A stretch of DNA of 63,963 nt, the filler included, from Dirinaria sp. TL-2023a (lineage: Eukaryota), in the NCBI GenBank assembly GCA_051941275.1. It is 3 parts of 3 records of this genome, joined end to end, with 100 filler letters (N's around TTAATTAATTAA, not from the genome) between each part and the next. Parts side by side here need not be neighbours in the genome. Positions count along the whole stretch, not along the records: positions 22,631 to 45,130 come from JAVEBF010000222.1; 2 more parts are not named here. One strand, written 5' to 3'. This document shows, piece by piece, positions 22,631 to 36,963 of this stretch. The position numbers and the translations under genes were made by a program. The notes under the pieces were generated by a model. It was not told where the DNA came from. It saw nothing but the letters and a program-made list of their open reading frames with translations, and searched no databases. Within the stretch, counting starts at the first letter, position 1, and each line of letters begins with the position of its first letter.

Positions 22631-23278
22631 GATTGGACTGGGGAGGGGGAGGGAAGGGGATGCGAAAGGAGGTGTAGATGCGCCTTGGGAATTGGCAAAG
22701 GTAGGTGAGTTTTGATGACGTCTGGTTCTGGATTAAATGGTACATGCGAGATGACTAAGCACGTTCCTAACTCTGCTGTTGAGGACCTGTATATAGGGCT
22801 ATTGTTTTTTTTTAGTACGATATCTGAGTCATGTTTTTTGTGCAGAGTTTAATTTAACTGAGGGGGTTGATTTTTCAGTTTTTCTGGTTCTTTTTGAAGA
22901 AATTTAATTGTGTGTGTATCATCCGCTGGATGGGATGGATATCTTCCATAGGGCAAATCACACCAGAGTCTCTTTGGGCGTTACTGGAATTTTCAACTCC
23001 CTCATACGTAACCTACTAGATAACCATTTGCCACATAGAGCTAAAATCGGCGCAGAGGGAAGGCGTAATGTATTCATTAATGCTCGGGTATCTATCTTCT
23101 CTTTCTCTCTCTAATTGCCCCAAAACCCCATGATAGAATGCATCACGAACATTTCATTTCCGACAATCTTCAACAACCCAGCCCAATCGAAGTCAACTCC
23201 CCCCGCCCCTTACTTCCGGCGAAGCCGTCAATTCATTAAATTCTCGAGACTAGAGCTGAAGGATGCAAGTCAGCCAGC

Positions 23279-24949
<1,671 letters not shown>

Positions 24950-25341
24950 AGTGCAATTACTCTATATCAGTAATGCTCGATGGCCAACTGTGGATGGCTG
25001 AATCAGTATTTCAAGGATCCAGCGAGCTTCGCAGGGTCTGAGGGGTTGCGTTGTTCACCTGCCTCGTGCCCGCACTTCCGAGGTTCAGCCTTGCATCAGC
25101 CAAGCCCGCCAAGAATTCTAACGGGTCGGACCCTGTCGATCATTTGGATGCAGCCCTGACGCCTCAGGTATCTTTAGTGTGAAGATTGGACTCGACTCCG
25201 AAGCGGTCTCCATATTTTCCATAGACAGTTCCCCGTTTGAAAAAGCAGCAAAAATGCCATTGACCCAATTGCTGAACATTTTATGTGTATGTGTTTAAAC
25301 AATTGCACCAATTGTCTCACATCTCGAACTCGACAGCCAAC

Positions 25342-26616
25342 ATGCCATCCACGGTGGTGACGGCCACAGCATGGCCAGCCCGCACGGAATCAAAACCAGA
25401 GCTTCCGGCAGCACTCGAAGACCGCAATGGATTCTTCTGGTCATATACCGAGGAACCGCACCGGAGCCGGAGGCAGGCGATCATAAAAGCGCACCCAGAG
25501 GTTGACATACCCCCCTGAGCATCGATGTAAATCTCTTTCCCAGCTCACCACCCCCTTCTCCAGGTGACGAAACTCTGCGGCCCGGAGCCATTGACTAAGT
25601 ACATCGTCATCGCCGTGCTCGCCCTGCAGCTGGGCTGCGCCCTCCTCTTACGAAACACGCCCATCCTATCTCCACCCTTCCTCCTGACGGCGTACATTGT
25701 CGGTGCGACGGCGAATCAAAACCTCTTCCTTTCAATCCACGAAATATCGCACAACCTCGCCTTCCGAAACCCTCTCGCGAACAGATTGTTTGCCATCTTC
25801 GCAAATCTGCCAATTGGATTGCCATATAGCGCTGCATTTAGAGTAAATGAGCAAACCCCTTTTCCCTCTCCTCACTCTCATAAACCTATACACGGTCCTG
25901 AAACGCGCGCTGACTTCTCTTGCTCTAAAAACAAAAAGCCGTATCATCTGACGCATCACAAATCGCTCGGCGTGGACGGACTAGACACCGACCTGCCCAC
26001 CGCACTCGAAGCCTTCTTCCTCGACTCCGTGTTGGGGAAAGCGTTCTTCTGCACCTTCCAAATCCTCTTCTACGCCATCCGTCCCATGATGGTCTACCAG
26101 CTCCCCCTGACCTGGATCCACCTCGTGAATATCATTACCCAGCTACTTTTCGACTGTATCTTAATACGGTACGTCGGCGCGCGCACCTTGACGTATTTGA
26201 TCCTGAGCTCGTTCCTGGCGGGGTCGCTGCACCCTTGCGCAGGGCATTTCATCGCCGAACACTACGTCTTCGAGAAACCGAGCCGCGGCGGCGGCGCCGC
26301 CACCAAGGAGCCGGCGAATCTGGTGGTCCCGGTGCCCGAGACTTTTTCTTATTACGGGCCTTTGAACGTGTTGACTTACAATGTGGGGCTGCATAACGAG
26401 CATCATGATTTCCCGGCCATCCCATGGAGCCGGCTGCCGGCCTTGCACGAGCTGGCAAAGGAGTTCTATGCGGACTTGCCGCGGCATGAGAGCTGGGTCT
26501 GGGTCATTTGGCAGTTCATCTGGGATAGGGAGGTCGGGATGTGGTGTCGGGTGAAGAGGAAAGCAGGGGGGAGGAAAGTTGCCGAATGGAGGGAGGTGGA
26601 TTTCGGGGCAGAGTAA
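25342..26616 (+). CDS. DES1: Sphingolipid delta(4)-desaturase; introns 25501-25563 and 25843-25938
   Basis: FFWSYTEEPHRSRRQAIIKAHPE, His boxes HEISH, HLTHH and HNEHH, HPCAGHFIAEH. Confidence 0.96.
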
Positions 26617-27198
26617 TGTGATGTGAAGATGTGGTGTCGCAATTGGTGTGACTATTCACGATGCCAGACTTGGAATCTAAGAGGGCAATCGCGACTGAAT
26701 ATACATAGACATGGAAATCATGCACCTAAAAAAGAGACATGCCAGCACGTGTGAGCGCGGGCAAAAATCGAGCAACGGAGCATGATGAACGGAATCTAAG
26801 CAGAAAAGACTATCATAGAAGCATGATAAAGTCGACGACAATTTCTACCGATAAGAGGCAAGGTGCGGTCACTGTGGTCTATCATTGTAAATCAGGGAAG
26901 CTGCTGGCCATCGTTGCTTGCGAACCATACAGCCTGCAGTCGAGATCCTTTCGATGTCTATGCCGGAGCCTTTTCATCGCCGATCTTTTTTGACGAGCTG
27001 TAGCTCACGTTAAAAATCAGCATCGGGCCGACGAAAGAATTTTGCTCTGGCAACAGGCCCCAAGCCACGTCCGATCTTCCCACCCACCCACTTCCCGAAA
27101 TGTGACAACCCCCTGCGCTTCGAATCCATGGTATACATTCGCATGCGCCAATCTTCGACCTTCAAAGGGGGAGGGAGGGTTTCAAAACGCGGACGAAG

Positions 27199-28400
27199 CT
27201 AAAAGAAGAAGTAAGCTAGAAGGAAACTCAGCATGCACAGCGCCGCCACGATCTGGACCGGCACCCCGTCCGAGGGCTGCTGCTGAACGCCCATGCCCGC
27301 GGTTCCCGTGGTAATGCGCCCCCTCGCGTCCTGACTGATTGCATCCAGCCGCTTCTGCCTCTGGACGATCTCCTCCCTCTCCTCGATGGTCTGAGCGAGC
27401 TCAGCTTTCACATCTGCAAGTTGCTGACGCAAATCCGCTGTGGACTTGGGTAGGGTGTTGACCACGCTTGATGCAGTGTTTGCGAGAGTGGATTGAGCGG
27501 TAGCGGCGGCCCCACTGGCCGATTCTTTGACGTCTTGAGGGTAGGATTGTGAAGTCTCCGTGGACCGAGTTGCTGGTGTGCCGGTATTCGCTGCTGGAGA
27601 GCCAAATGATTGGACTGGGGATCCGTAGGCTGGAGGTGCTTCATCGCCGAGATGCTGAGCATCGTTAATAACATAGATCAACCTACTCTATCACATTCAA
27701 CTTACCGATCCATTTACATTGTTATGAGTGGGAGTCGACGTAGTACCGTCTGCAGGCAAGAAGACAACGCGGATCTTTCGCTCTTGGATTTCTGCCTTTG
27801 CTCTCTTCTCCGCATTCGACCACTGCAATTTTGTAAGCTTTACTCTACACCTTATATAGGTGAGTGCTGACAATCGCTGCGATATTGGAAGATTCCTTGT
27901 CTTGGGTGATTGGTATAGACTGAACCAGGAACTTATCTCGGCAACGAGCGTCTAAGGGTGGGTCCTCTTTCATTGCCTGGAGCAGTACTGTATTTTACAT
28001 CAGCTTTACTCCTAGTATCCACACCCACTTATCACTCACCCTGGACTTCCACTTCGCTTCCTGGCTCGATGCGGCCGGAATTGGGACGGACACAGTATCT
28101 AGAAGCAGGTCAGTCGCGTGATCCCACCCGCTCATCACTTTCGACCTACTGTTTAGGAGCGGTGGTTTTGACCTTCCCGTGGATCAGCTCTGTCTCTAAT
28201 TGCATTTGCGACAGCTGCTAGATTTACCTTGAACGCTATGGGGTCATTGCTCGGATTTCCGAGGCGCAATAGCTGAGTGACCTCATGGGTGAAAGGACCT
28301 AACGCCAACATGTCACTCATAAGGCCAATAGCACCATGCATTGCGCGTTGCGGTACTTACGACGGAAGCCTAACTCCTGCGGATCTAGCTGAACGGACAT
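27199..28400 (-). CDS. SCS2: VAMP-associated ER membrane protein (MSP domain, C-terminal TM), multi-exon
   Basis: Spliced MSVQLDPQELGFRRPFTHEV...IAFKVKTTAPKQYCVRPNSG...CRDKFLVQS...QERKIRV; C-terminal GVPVQIVAALCMLSFLLAYFFF. Confidence 0.95.
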
Positions 28401-28955
28401 GGCGGATAGAGTGGTAGAATGGCAAAGCTGTGGTACAGGGTGTTCTGATTGTAAGCGCGGGCGGTCTGCTGCAGCAACTTGTAGGAGCTGGTTGAAGATA
28501 GGGGCTTCTTGGATAGAAGAATTCACGATCCTATGCCTCAAAATGATAACGATCTCGTAATCCGAGAGTGACGAGTGAGAGTATGTAAAGGATAGCTTGC
28601 TTTGTTTTGGGGTGGTAGGGCGAAGAGGCTGGTGAGTGGCTGTTCAGTGTTCAGACTGCGGGAAGCTCTGATTCCTTCCGAGGCTAAAACACTCTTCGCT
28701 TAGCGGAAAATGACGCAACACTACTAACTGTGAAGAAGATACCTCGATACCTTATGTACCTTACCTTACCGTCCAGTCCAGACAAAGTGATTGTACTGTC
28801 AGTGTCTGGAACACAGTCGCACAAGATCCAACACTGGCAAACAATCCTTTTGCATTTATCCTTATCTTCTTCTGTATGCATTATTATAGAGCTCCCTAGA
28901 TCATATCCATCCCCAGCCCTTGCCGACCACCGTTCCGAGTTCCAAGGACATCATC

Positions 28956-30012
28956 ATGTCAGATCTTGAAAACCTCCTAGCTATGGGCTTCGAGCAGGCC
29001 AAGGCCGAGCTCGCTCTGAAGCAATCCGGTAACTGTATGGCTCATTCTAACCTGCCGCTCCTACTGAAGCTATCGGCTAATATGATTTAAACCTTAGTAG
29101 AACAGGCTGTGGACTGGCTGGACAAGAACGCAGACAAAACGGTTGACGACATATTGGCCGAATCATCAACAGCCAGCGCTCAGAGCGATCCGAATGTGGA
29201 ACCTCCATTGAAGCCTGGTGAACAAGCTTTGAGTCTGGTTTGCAATGACTGTGGCACAAAATTACGAAGCCATGCAGCCGCTGAGTACCACGCTGGGAAG
29301 ACTCAGCATATCAACTTCTCTGAATCAACGGAGGAAATCAAACCACTCACAGAAGAGGAGAAAGCTGAAAAATTGGCGGAACTGAAGCGCAAATTAGCGG
29401 AGAAGCGAGCAGGCGCCTCCGTACAAGATAAGGAAGATCAAAAACGAAACGAGGTACCAAGGTAACCCCTGAGTCCGCCTCTTTCCCTCATTAAGCCTTT
29501 CACAGGAGATTCGGCGGAAGAGCACGAAAGAGTCCCAAGATATCAAAGAAGACCTCCAGAAGAGGGAACAGATCAAGGAGGCTGAGAAGAAGCGTCGCGA
29601 AAAGCAGGAAGACATCGCAGCTAAGCAACGAATCAAGGCCAAGATTGAAGCCGACAAAGAAGAACGACGTTTGAAAGCTGCAAAGGAGAAGGCCGACCGC
29701 GAAGGCCGAGCAGCCCCGGCAGAGCCGTCGAAACCCTCCCTAGCCACTACCTCAGGCCCTGTTGCATCAAAGCCAGCATCAGCCTACACGGAAGCTCGCC
29801 TTCGGTTCCAGACCGCGGGAGGTAACATCACCAAGACGTTCCCAGCGGAGACCACTCTCTTCGAAGTGGCTTCTGCAGTCAGCCAGGATATGGGCAGCGA
29901 CGTGCAGAGCTTTGTCCAAAACTTTCCCAAGAAGGTTTTTGACCAGGTGGACTTTGGAGCAACGCTCAGGGAGCTCGGCTTAGTGCCTAGCGCTTCGTTG
30001 ATCGTGAAATAG
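28956..30012 (+). CDS. UBA-C2H2-coiled-coil-UBX domain protein (UBXN1/SAKS1-like Cdc48 cofactor)
   Basis: MSDLENLLAMGFEQAKAELAL (UBA), LVCNDCG..AEYHAGKTQH, FSESTEEIKPLTEEEK, ARLRFQ..TFPAETTLFEV..NFPKKVF..LGLVPSASLIVK. Confidence 0.92.
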
Positions 30013-30474
30013 CTACACCACGATATTTATTGTGCCCCGTGACGGAGCTTTCCTTCTTTGGCAAGGAGTCAACTGTTGTGTTTAGGATGTCTGCCATTTT
30101 GCATGGCGAGCGGCGTAGGTGCTTTGACGCAGGTTCTTAACTCCTCGAAGGTATCGGAACCACTGGTTGATGGACTGGACATATGGTTCCACATAGCGTA
30201 GGCGCATATACTCCGCAAAATTGACTATTCTTACTGAGCACCTAAACGGGCCAGCTTTCTCATAATGCCGTCCAAGGAATCAGTGTGAAGATTAGAAGGT
30301 GCTTGATATCACGTGAACACGCAATTTCGCGCTAGAAGCCACCGCGTCAATGTCTTGGCGCTCGGTTATTAGATGACGTGAACTTGACATTGACAGTATT
30401 TGTTGAAAAGTGAATTAGGATGAAAATACAGATGTATACCTCCTTCAAATGACCTGCGACGCTGTCAATTTATG

Positions 30475-32377
30475 ATGCCTGGGTATTACTGGTCTTAGCT
30501 CCGAAAATTGTGAGCTGACATTTGGCAGGCCAGGCGACCAGCATAAAGCAACGCCCACGTCCGTCAACCCTTTCGAAGAGCCAAAAACGCATATCAGCGA
30601 GTATACAGCGCAGGAAATAGCAACGCTTTCCAGCCGGCTAGAGAAAAAGCTAGGTCCTGAATATATCTCTTCAAGACCGGGCCCTTCGGGACAAAAAGTG
30701 CACTACCTTGCGGCCGACAAGTGCATCAGCCTAGCGAACGAGGTCTTTGGTTTCAATGGCTGGTCGAGCGGCATACAGAACATACAGATAGACTTTGTGG
30801 ATGAGAATCAGCATACTGGAGCCATCAGCCTTGGTCTTTCGGTCATCGTTAGGGTGTCACTTCGAGATGGGACTTTCCATGAAGACGTGGGCTATGGACA
30901 AGTCAAAAACTGTAAAGGCAAAGCTGAGGCCTTCGAGAAGGCCAAAAAGGAGGGGACTACGGACGGTTTAAAGCGAGCTTTGAGGAACTTTGGTAATTTG
31001 CTGGGCAACTGCGTGTACGACAAGGATTATGTGTCAAAGGTCACGAAGCTTAAAGTCGCCCCTGTACGTAGACATTCGGTTTTCTGAAACCGTGGTGGCT
31101 AATCCAACCAGACAAAATGGGACCCTGAGGATCTCCACCGACATCCGGACTTTGCCCCTACTAAGAAAGATCCAAGCCCAGACCATCCACTCAAGCAGGC
31201 CGAGCATTCTCATTCGAAGAGGGACTTTCCTCAAGAACCAGGGGCCTTGATGACTTCTTTCGGTGAACTCGAGGACGAGTTCGGAAGTACGACCATTGCG
31301 TTTCCTTCCACGTCGTCAGTAGCTAATGTTTTCAGGCGACGGATTCGACGAAGCAGATCTATGCGTAGCTAATGATGAGCCACCAGATGGCGTAGCCTTA
31401 GACAGCACCTTTCAACCCAACCATGGCCGGGTAAGAGGCGGTCAAATGCAAAAGCGAGATATACTCCGACCACCAAAGCCAAGCGCAAGGGGTCCAACGG
31501 CACCTGCTGGCCCGCAAACGCCCTCCGCTGCCCCTATAAACGGATGGGGGCCATCTTTGAAAACCGAGCTCGGCAATTCTATAGCACCTGCTCAGAAAAT
31601 GCCAAGTGCTGCTCCAACCAACACAGCCGCGAATAATGCCCAGGCAATCCAAGGACCTGCCTCCATAAACGCACAGAAGCGCCCGCCAGACGCAGCCCAA
31701 CCCGCCCGTGCCATCCAAACATCATCCAACACCGCTTCCGACGATACCCCACCATTCGACTCTTCGAACACAGCAGACCCCAATCCTCCCATGGGCTTCT
31801 TCACCGCACGAGCCGCCGAGTCGCTTCAAAAGGGCGCCGCCGCACCACCTTCCAACGTGCCCGTATTCAATCCGCACCTCGAAAGCCCCTCGATCCGGAA
31901 AACAGCAGGGATAGACCATACGAAAAGCAAGCCCGTACGAACCGAGACAATAAAGGGCCCGCCACCTCCACCCCCACAACAACAACCACAACAACCGCCA
32001 TCAGCAGCCACGATCCCCCGCGGCGGCACGAATTTCGTGAACCCGCAAGCTGACATGACTCGAAGAGTCGGGATGCCAGTCGGCGCCGCGAGCCCGTTGC
32101 AAAACCGAGGCTCGTATAAGCCGCCGCAGATGAAACGGCCGCTTGCTGAGGGGTAAAGTTTTCCCCCTTTCATTTTTCTTTTTTTCTTTCCCGTCCTCGT
32201 TTTCGAGTGCTGGAGCGTGTGGACTGATACGTGCTGAGCAGGAACGCTGCAAGAACGGCCTTGAACGATGTCACGTCCGCTTCGGTCAATACATCCAATG
32301 CTGAAATCGGAGGAGGAGGAGGAGGAGGAGCAGGGGATGTGAAACGGCAGAGGGTAGCCGAGAACGTCGTCTTGTAG
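30475..32377 (+). CDS. RAD52: DNA repair and recombination protein Rad52/Rad22 (multi-exon)
   Basis: MPG|PGDQH..NPFEE..LEKKLGPEYISSRPGPSG..LANEVFGFNGWSS..HEDVGYG..AFEKAKKEGTTDGLKRALRNFGNLLGNCVYDK; last exon ends VKRQRVAENVVL*. Confidence 0.96.
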
Positions 32378-32596
32378 TCGTTGCATGGCGTATGGCGCAT
32401 AGCGCATGACACCTTTTTTTTGGGGGGGGGGTTATTTTTGGGACTTGTACAGGGGAAACGAGAGGCGTTCTGAAGATCGAGTGACGGTTGTTCTTTCTTA
32501 GAGGAGTAGATGATGAAAACAAAAAAAGAAAAAGAAAGAGAAATTTTTGTTTTGGCTTCTGAACCCCTGATTTCGAACCACTCTTTTTATCTTTTA

Positions 32597-33272
32597 TTTT
32601 GGTAACCTTTACAGCCACACCACCCCCTCTTTGCATATACACTACCTTTGCTTTGCACATATACCACCCTCTCCACCACCAGACCTATCTAGACAGGATC
32701 TATGCCTCATAGAGTAAGTAAGCATTCTGCGCTTCGGATCATCATTACCTTACTCTTACGCAAAGTTCTACGTGTACTTATAGCGCCGGTCTAAGAAAAA
32801 CTCGAGTGTCATCGTCGACTGCTGAATGCATCAAATGCGCATTAGAGCACAAAAAATTGATAATGACGAGTCGCCATCGCAGATCTTAATTGCATGTTTT
32901 TAAAAAAAGGACAGGAACGATTACCTCTAAAAAAACCGTTCACTCAAACGACTGAATTTACGTCATGTATCTCTCTCGGGGACTTTTTGCCATCGTTTTA
33001 CTTTTTTTTTTTTTTCGATGAAATAGCTCTCCTTCGCAGCATGCACATTCTTCTTGTTCATATTTACTCAGAATAACAGATTTAGTGACGATACTCGCGC
33101 TGTTATGGACTGATTACCATGTTAGACATAGATCCTGCCTAAGTAGGTCTAGTGAAGGGGTGGGTATATGAGTGAAGCAAAGATGTATTATATGCAAAGA
33201 AGGGGTGGGTGTATGAGCGAAGCAAAGATGTATTATATGCAAAGAAGGGGTGGCGATTAGTGGCTACCAAAA
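32597..33272. repeat. Imperfect inverted repeat (arms about 32597-32712 and 33118-33272)
   Basis: The reverse complement of the left arm (CATAGATCCTGTCTAGATAGGTCTGGTG..GGTATATGTGCAAAGCAAAGGTAGTGTATATGCAAAGAGGGGGTGG..GGTTACCAAAA) aligns colinearly with the right arm (CATAGATCCTGCCTAAGTAGGTCTAGTG..GGTATATGAGTGAAGCAAAGATGTATTATATGCAAAGAAGGGGTGG..GGCTACCAAAA). Confidence 0.85.
33154..33253. repeat. 45-bp tandem repeat x about 2.2
   Basis: Unit GAAGGGGTGGGTRTATGAGYGAAGCAAAGATGTATTATATGCAAA starts at 33154, 33199 and (partial) 33244. Confidence 0.92.
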
Positions 33273-33921
33273 AGTACATATACCATAAGCTTAGTGCTTA
33301 GGTTCGGCATCGAAACACTTTGATCATCACTGTTCTGACTCTCTGAGCATTGAAATGGATTTAAATGGATTGGCATACAAAGCTATCTAAGTAATAGTCG
33401 CACGCATGTCGGACAGCTGCTTTTTTTCTTTCTTTTTTTTTGGGGAATAGCTAAATTACAATCAAACCCCCCTTCCCTCCCACCTTCTGACTCGCCCGTC
33501 GAATGTCGTCGTAGGTCGAAACGCACATTTTTTATTAAGGAGGAGGGGGTTTCTCTTTCAAAGCACAGCGTTCTATCGGAATTCGACTGGGTTTGCAAAC
33601 AAGTAGTGATTAAAAACACAATTGGGTGAAAAAAGAGTGGAGTTGGGGGAGTAAAAAACAAACAAACAAACAAACAAAACAAGCTAGAAGTGACAAAATT
33701 AGCAGAACTTTTGTGTGTGTCTGATGCATGCATGCATGCACGATGCACTGCCTCAGAGCGTTTTGTGAGGAGGTGGTCAGAAGCAACTTTTTGGGGGGGG
33801 AGCTCGTGTGATACTGGATATTCGAAGCTAGGTAGAGACTACCCACCCCAAAAAGGGCAGGGTCGTTGAGCTAAGATATCGAGTGGATTGAGGTAGAGCT
33901 CTCGACGCGGACTTGGATTGA

Positions 33922-36900
33922 TTAGGTGCCACGCTTAGGGGTAAGCACCGAGGACGGGCTGCTGGGCGTTACCGTAGAACCGTTAGGTGAGGTTGTGGTG
34001 GCTTTATCGGAACGAGGATCGCGGTTTTCAATGTCGACACGAGCATTGGGCGCAATTCCACCATATTGAGCGCGCACCGAGGCTGTCGGGTCCTTGTTTG
34101 GCTGGAGGCCTTGCAAAAAGGCAGGCAGCTGTTTCCTCGGGACGTTTGTGTTGGCGGCACGTCGAGGTGCTTCAGACCAGTTGTAGGGGACTGTAGGGAA
34201 TCGCTCTGAAAAGGGCGAGGGCTCACGACGAGAGCTGGGTTGTTGTTCGGCCGATGGGGTTCGGCTTGTTGCTCGAGATCGCCCTTCGGCTGCAGGTGTG
34301 GCAAACGGGTTTATTATCGCGTATACAGGAGTTTGGAGCGGCGGACGCGCGTACTCACGGGCCACAGCGCTATCGATCAGGGTAGGCGTTTGCCGGACAA
34401 TGAAGCGAGGTTGCACGATGCCTTCGTTGACAGGCTCTGTAGATGCTTCAGAATATTCTTGAGTGGCTTCAGCGGCCATAGCCTCAATTGGGGCTGTTGG
34501 GGCTATTGGGGTTGGTGGAGTCTTAGAAGGCACAGGCGCATTCTGAGGTCCCACAGCGCCATCATTGAGCTCAGTTGTTTGCAGTAAATCGAATGCGGGC
34601 TGCACAATGCCTTTTTTCAGAGGCTCAGTGGGAGTCTTTGGATCTTCTTCAGCCACCTCAGTAGCCATAGCCCCAACTGCAGCTGCTAGGTCTTCTGGAG
34701 TCCTGACAGGCTCAGGCGCGTACTGAAGTGCCGCAGCGTCATCATCCAGCTCAGGAATTTGCCCATCGAAATGGGATTGTATGACACCTTCGTTAACGGA
34801 CTCTGTGCTAGCTTGAGAATCTTCTTGACCGAACTCGATGGTCTTAGCCTCAGCTGAGCTTAGGGAATCCACCGATTGTTCGCCAGCTTCGGTCCTATCA
34901 GCTAACGTAAGTCTGTCGAAGCTAGCACTAACAGAGCTGATAGAGTCTACTGTGGCTCCGGTTGACGAAGCTAGAGACTCCTGGCGAAAATGGTAGCGAT
35001 CTCTAACAACACGTTCTCCAAAGATAATAGGGCGGCCTTCGAGAATCAAAGTAGGCTTTAATGCCGTATGTTTGCTTAGTTGAGTCGGGCTCGTAGAATC
35101 AAGTATTGGTTGAGCCGGGGCAGCGGGCTCGATTACAGGCTTCGTTTCGACGGTCTTCTGAACCGGAGTTGATGCCTCATGCTTGGGCGTCGCTTGGTGA
35201 ACCGGAGTGGATACTTCAGGCTCTGGGGCCGCTTGGGACCTCGGAGTTTCCTGACTTAGCTTCTTGACTGGAGCCGCTACGGCAAACTTGATGCTGGTAG
35301 GCGATGGCGGCGGCGTCAAAGCTTTCAAATTCGTTCCCACAGTAGCGAGACGCTGCGAAGGTCTGATGACGACTCTTGGAACGGGATTCGGAGGCTGCTC
35401 AGAAGCACTCGCTGGTTGAGCTGCCCCTTTGGCCTGAATGGCCAATAATTGTTTTAACAACGCCGGGGGGATCATCTTCTCTTTCATATCTGACATCAAG
35501 CGGATGGCCTGTGCAAGCTTGTCGTCATCGGCATTTGGCACAGATGACTTGCTCTGGCCTGCAGCGGATTCCGAACGGTCTTCGTCCGTCTTGGGTTTAT
35601 CCGCTTCTAAGGGGGCGTCGCTGATACTATCGTTCGGGAGATCGAGAAGATTGGGCCCTTCTGAGTGCGGAACGAAATATCTAGCTGGCCTCGGAAGGGG
35701 TTCCTTGGTAGCCAACTCTATCAAGTCTGATCCCTTTGCGTCCAACGGCGTAGATTGAGAAGGCCCTACCTCCGTAAGTGGCACGGAAACAGACTCTTCG
35801 CTCTCTTTTTGAGCCGCTTTTGTGGTATCAGAAACCGAGCCACTTGGTGAGCCAGTTGATGAGATCCTCAATTGTGTCCGCGCTGCAGCCATGAAAGCTT
35901 CAGGTGAGACTAACGTTCCTCTGGGACCGGTTACACTACAGGATGTTAGATACTTGTACTGATTTCGAGACAATTCTAGCTTACGTGGGTGCAGTGCGCT
36001 CAGTACGAGCTGCCTGCGTGGACCTTGCGTGAAGAGCCATGAACTGTTCTGCCGATGCAATGCTCGGAGTCGAGGCTCGCTGTCTGTTCGCTAGAATTAA
36101 TGTTTGTTATCGTATTTCTCGAATACAGATGACCTTACCCTGCAACCTCTCTCTGTAAGCGGCGCAATGCTACCGGCTCAATCCTAGGGGCCTGGGCCTG
36201 GGCAGTACGGTTGGACTGTGTGCCAGCGGATGCGGCGTGACGTCCATTCAGTCCATTCAGTGGCGGGTCGATGCCCGTTGGTATTCTGGCATGTTTTTAG
36301 TAATCTCAATCAATAAGATCACCGTAGCACATACCTGCGGGGTCCGTGGTGCCCAGAACGACTCCCTACGGCTCCACCGCCTCGTCCGCGCCGATTTCTC
36401 CCATACCCACGTTCAGAAGGGCGGTCCAAGGAATCAGAGCCCTCCACGTAATTTTTAAGACTCGGATCGGCCATCAATTTTGCGCGGTGTGTCTGCCCAT
36501 CGTTCATATTGCCGAGCGTGAGCTCGGCCGTGCCGTCCTTGGACAGCTTGACCCATGCCTCTTTCCTGGATGTCAGTACGAGGCTCTTCAGGTTCTGGTC
36601 ATCCTGAACTACTCACGGTTCCAACTGGACAGCTCTTTCTTCTTTTCTGCTGCAGCTCGACTCTCTTGGGTTCCTGCTTGGTTGGCCTTACGCAGAGCTT
36701 GGAGACTATCCACAGAGCGCGTCTCCTGCCTGAGATCCTCTTTATGGCCCTGCTCAGTAATCGCTCCGCGTCGAGCACTCCCAAGAGCCTCCTGGAGTAA
36801 AGAGGGAGTATGAGTGACCGGTATCATGAGGGTGCTGGTTGATGGGAGGACTTACCATTTGTAGATCAAGGAGACGTTGGTCCCGAACGGCGGCAACCCC

Positions 36901-36963
36901 ACCGTCCGATTCAGAATCTGACTCCTCCTTCAAAGAGCCGCCTCTAGGGCGCTGAACCGCCAT
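33922..36963 (-). CDS. Large low-complexity (Pro/Ser/Thr/Glu-rich) hypothetical protein with several short 5' exons and a 2.1-kb last exon
   Basis: 712-codon open terminal exon. Upstream exons (MAVQRPRGGSLKEESDSESDGG.., EALGSARRG.., EAWVKLSKDG..GRNRRGRGGG) are bounded by GTAAGT/GTGAGT/GTATGT donors. No recognised domain. Confidence 0.75.

Noticed and set aside
33154..33253. 45-bp repeats as a CRISPR array
   Set aside because: Head-to-tail tandem copies without spacers, in a eukaryotic genome, with no cas genes.
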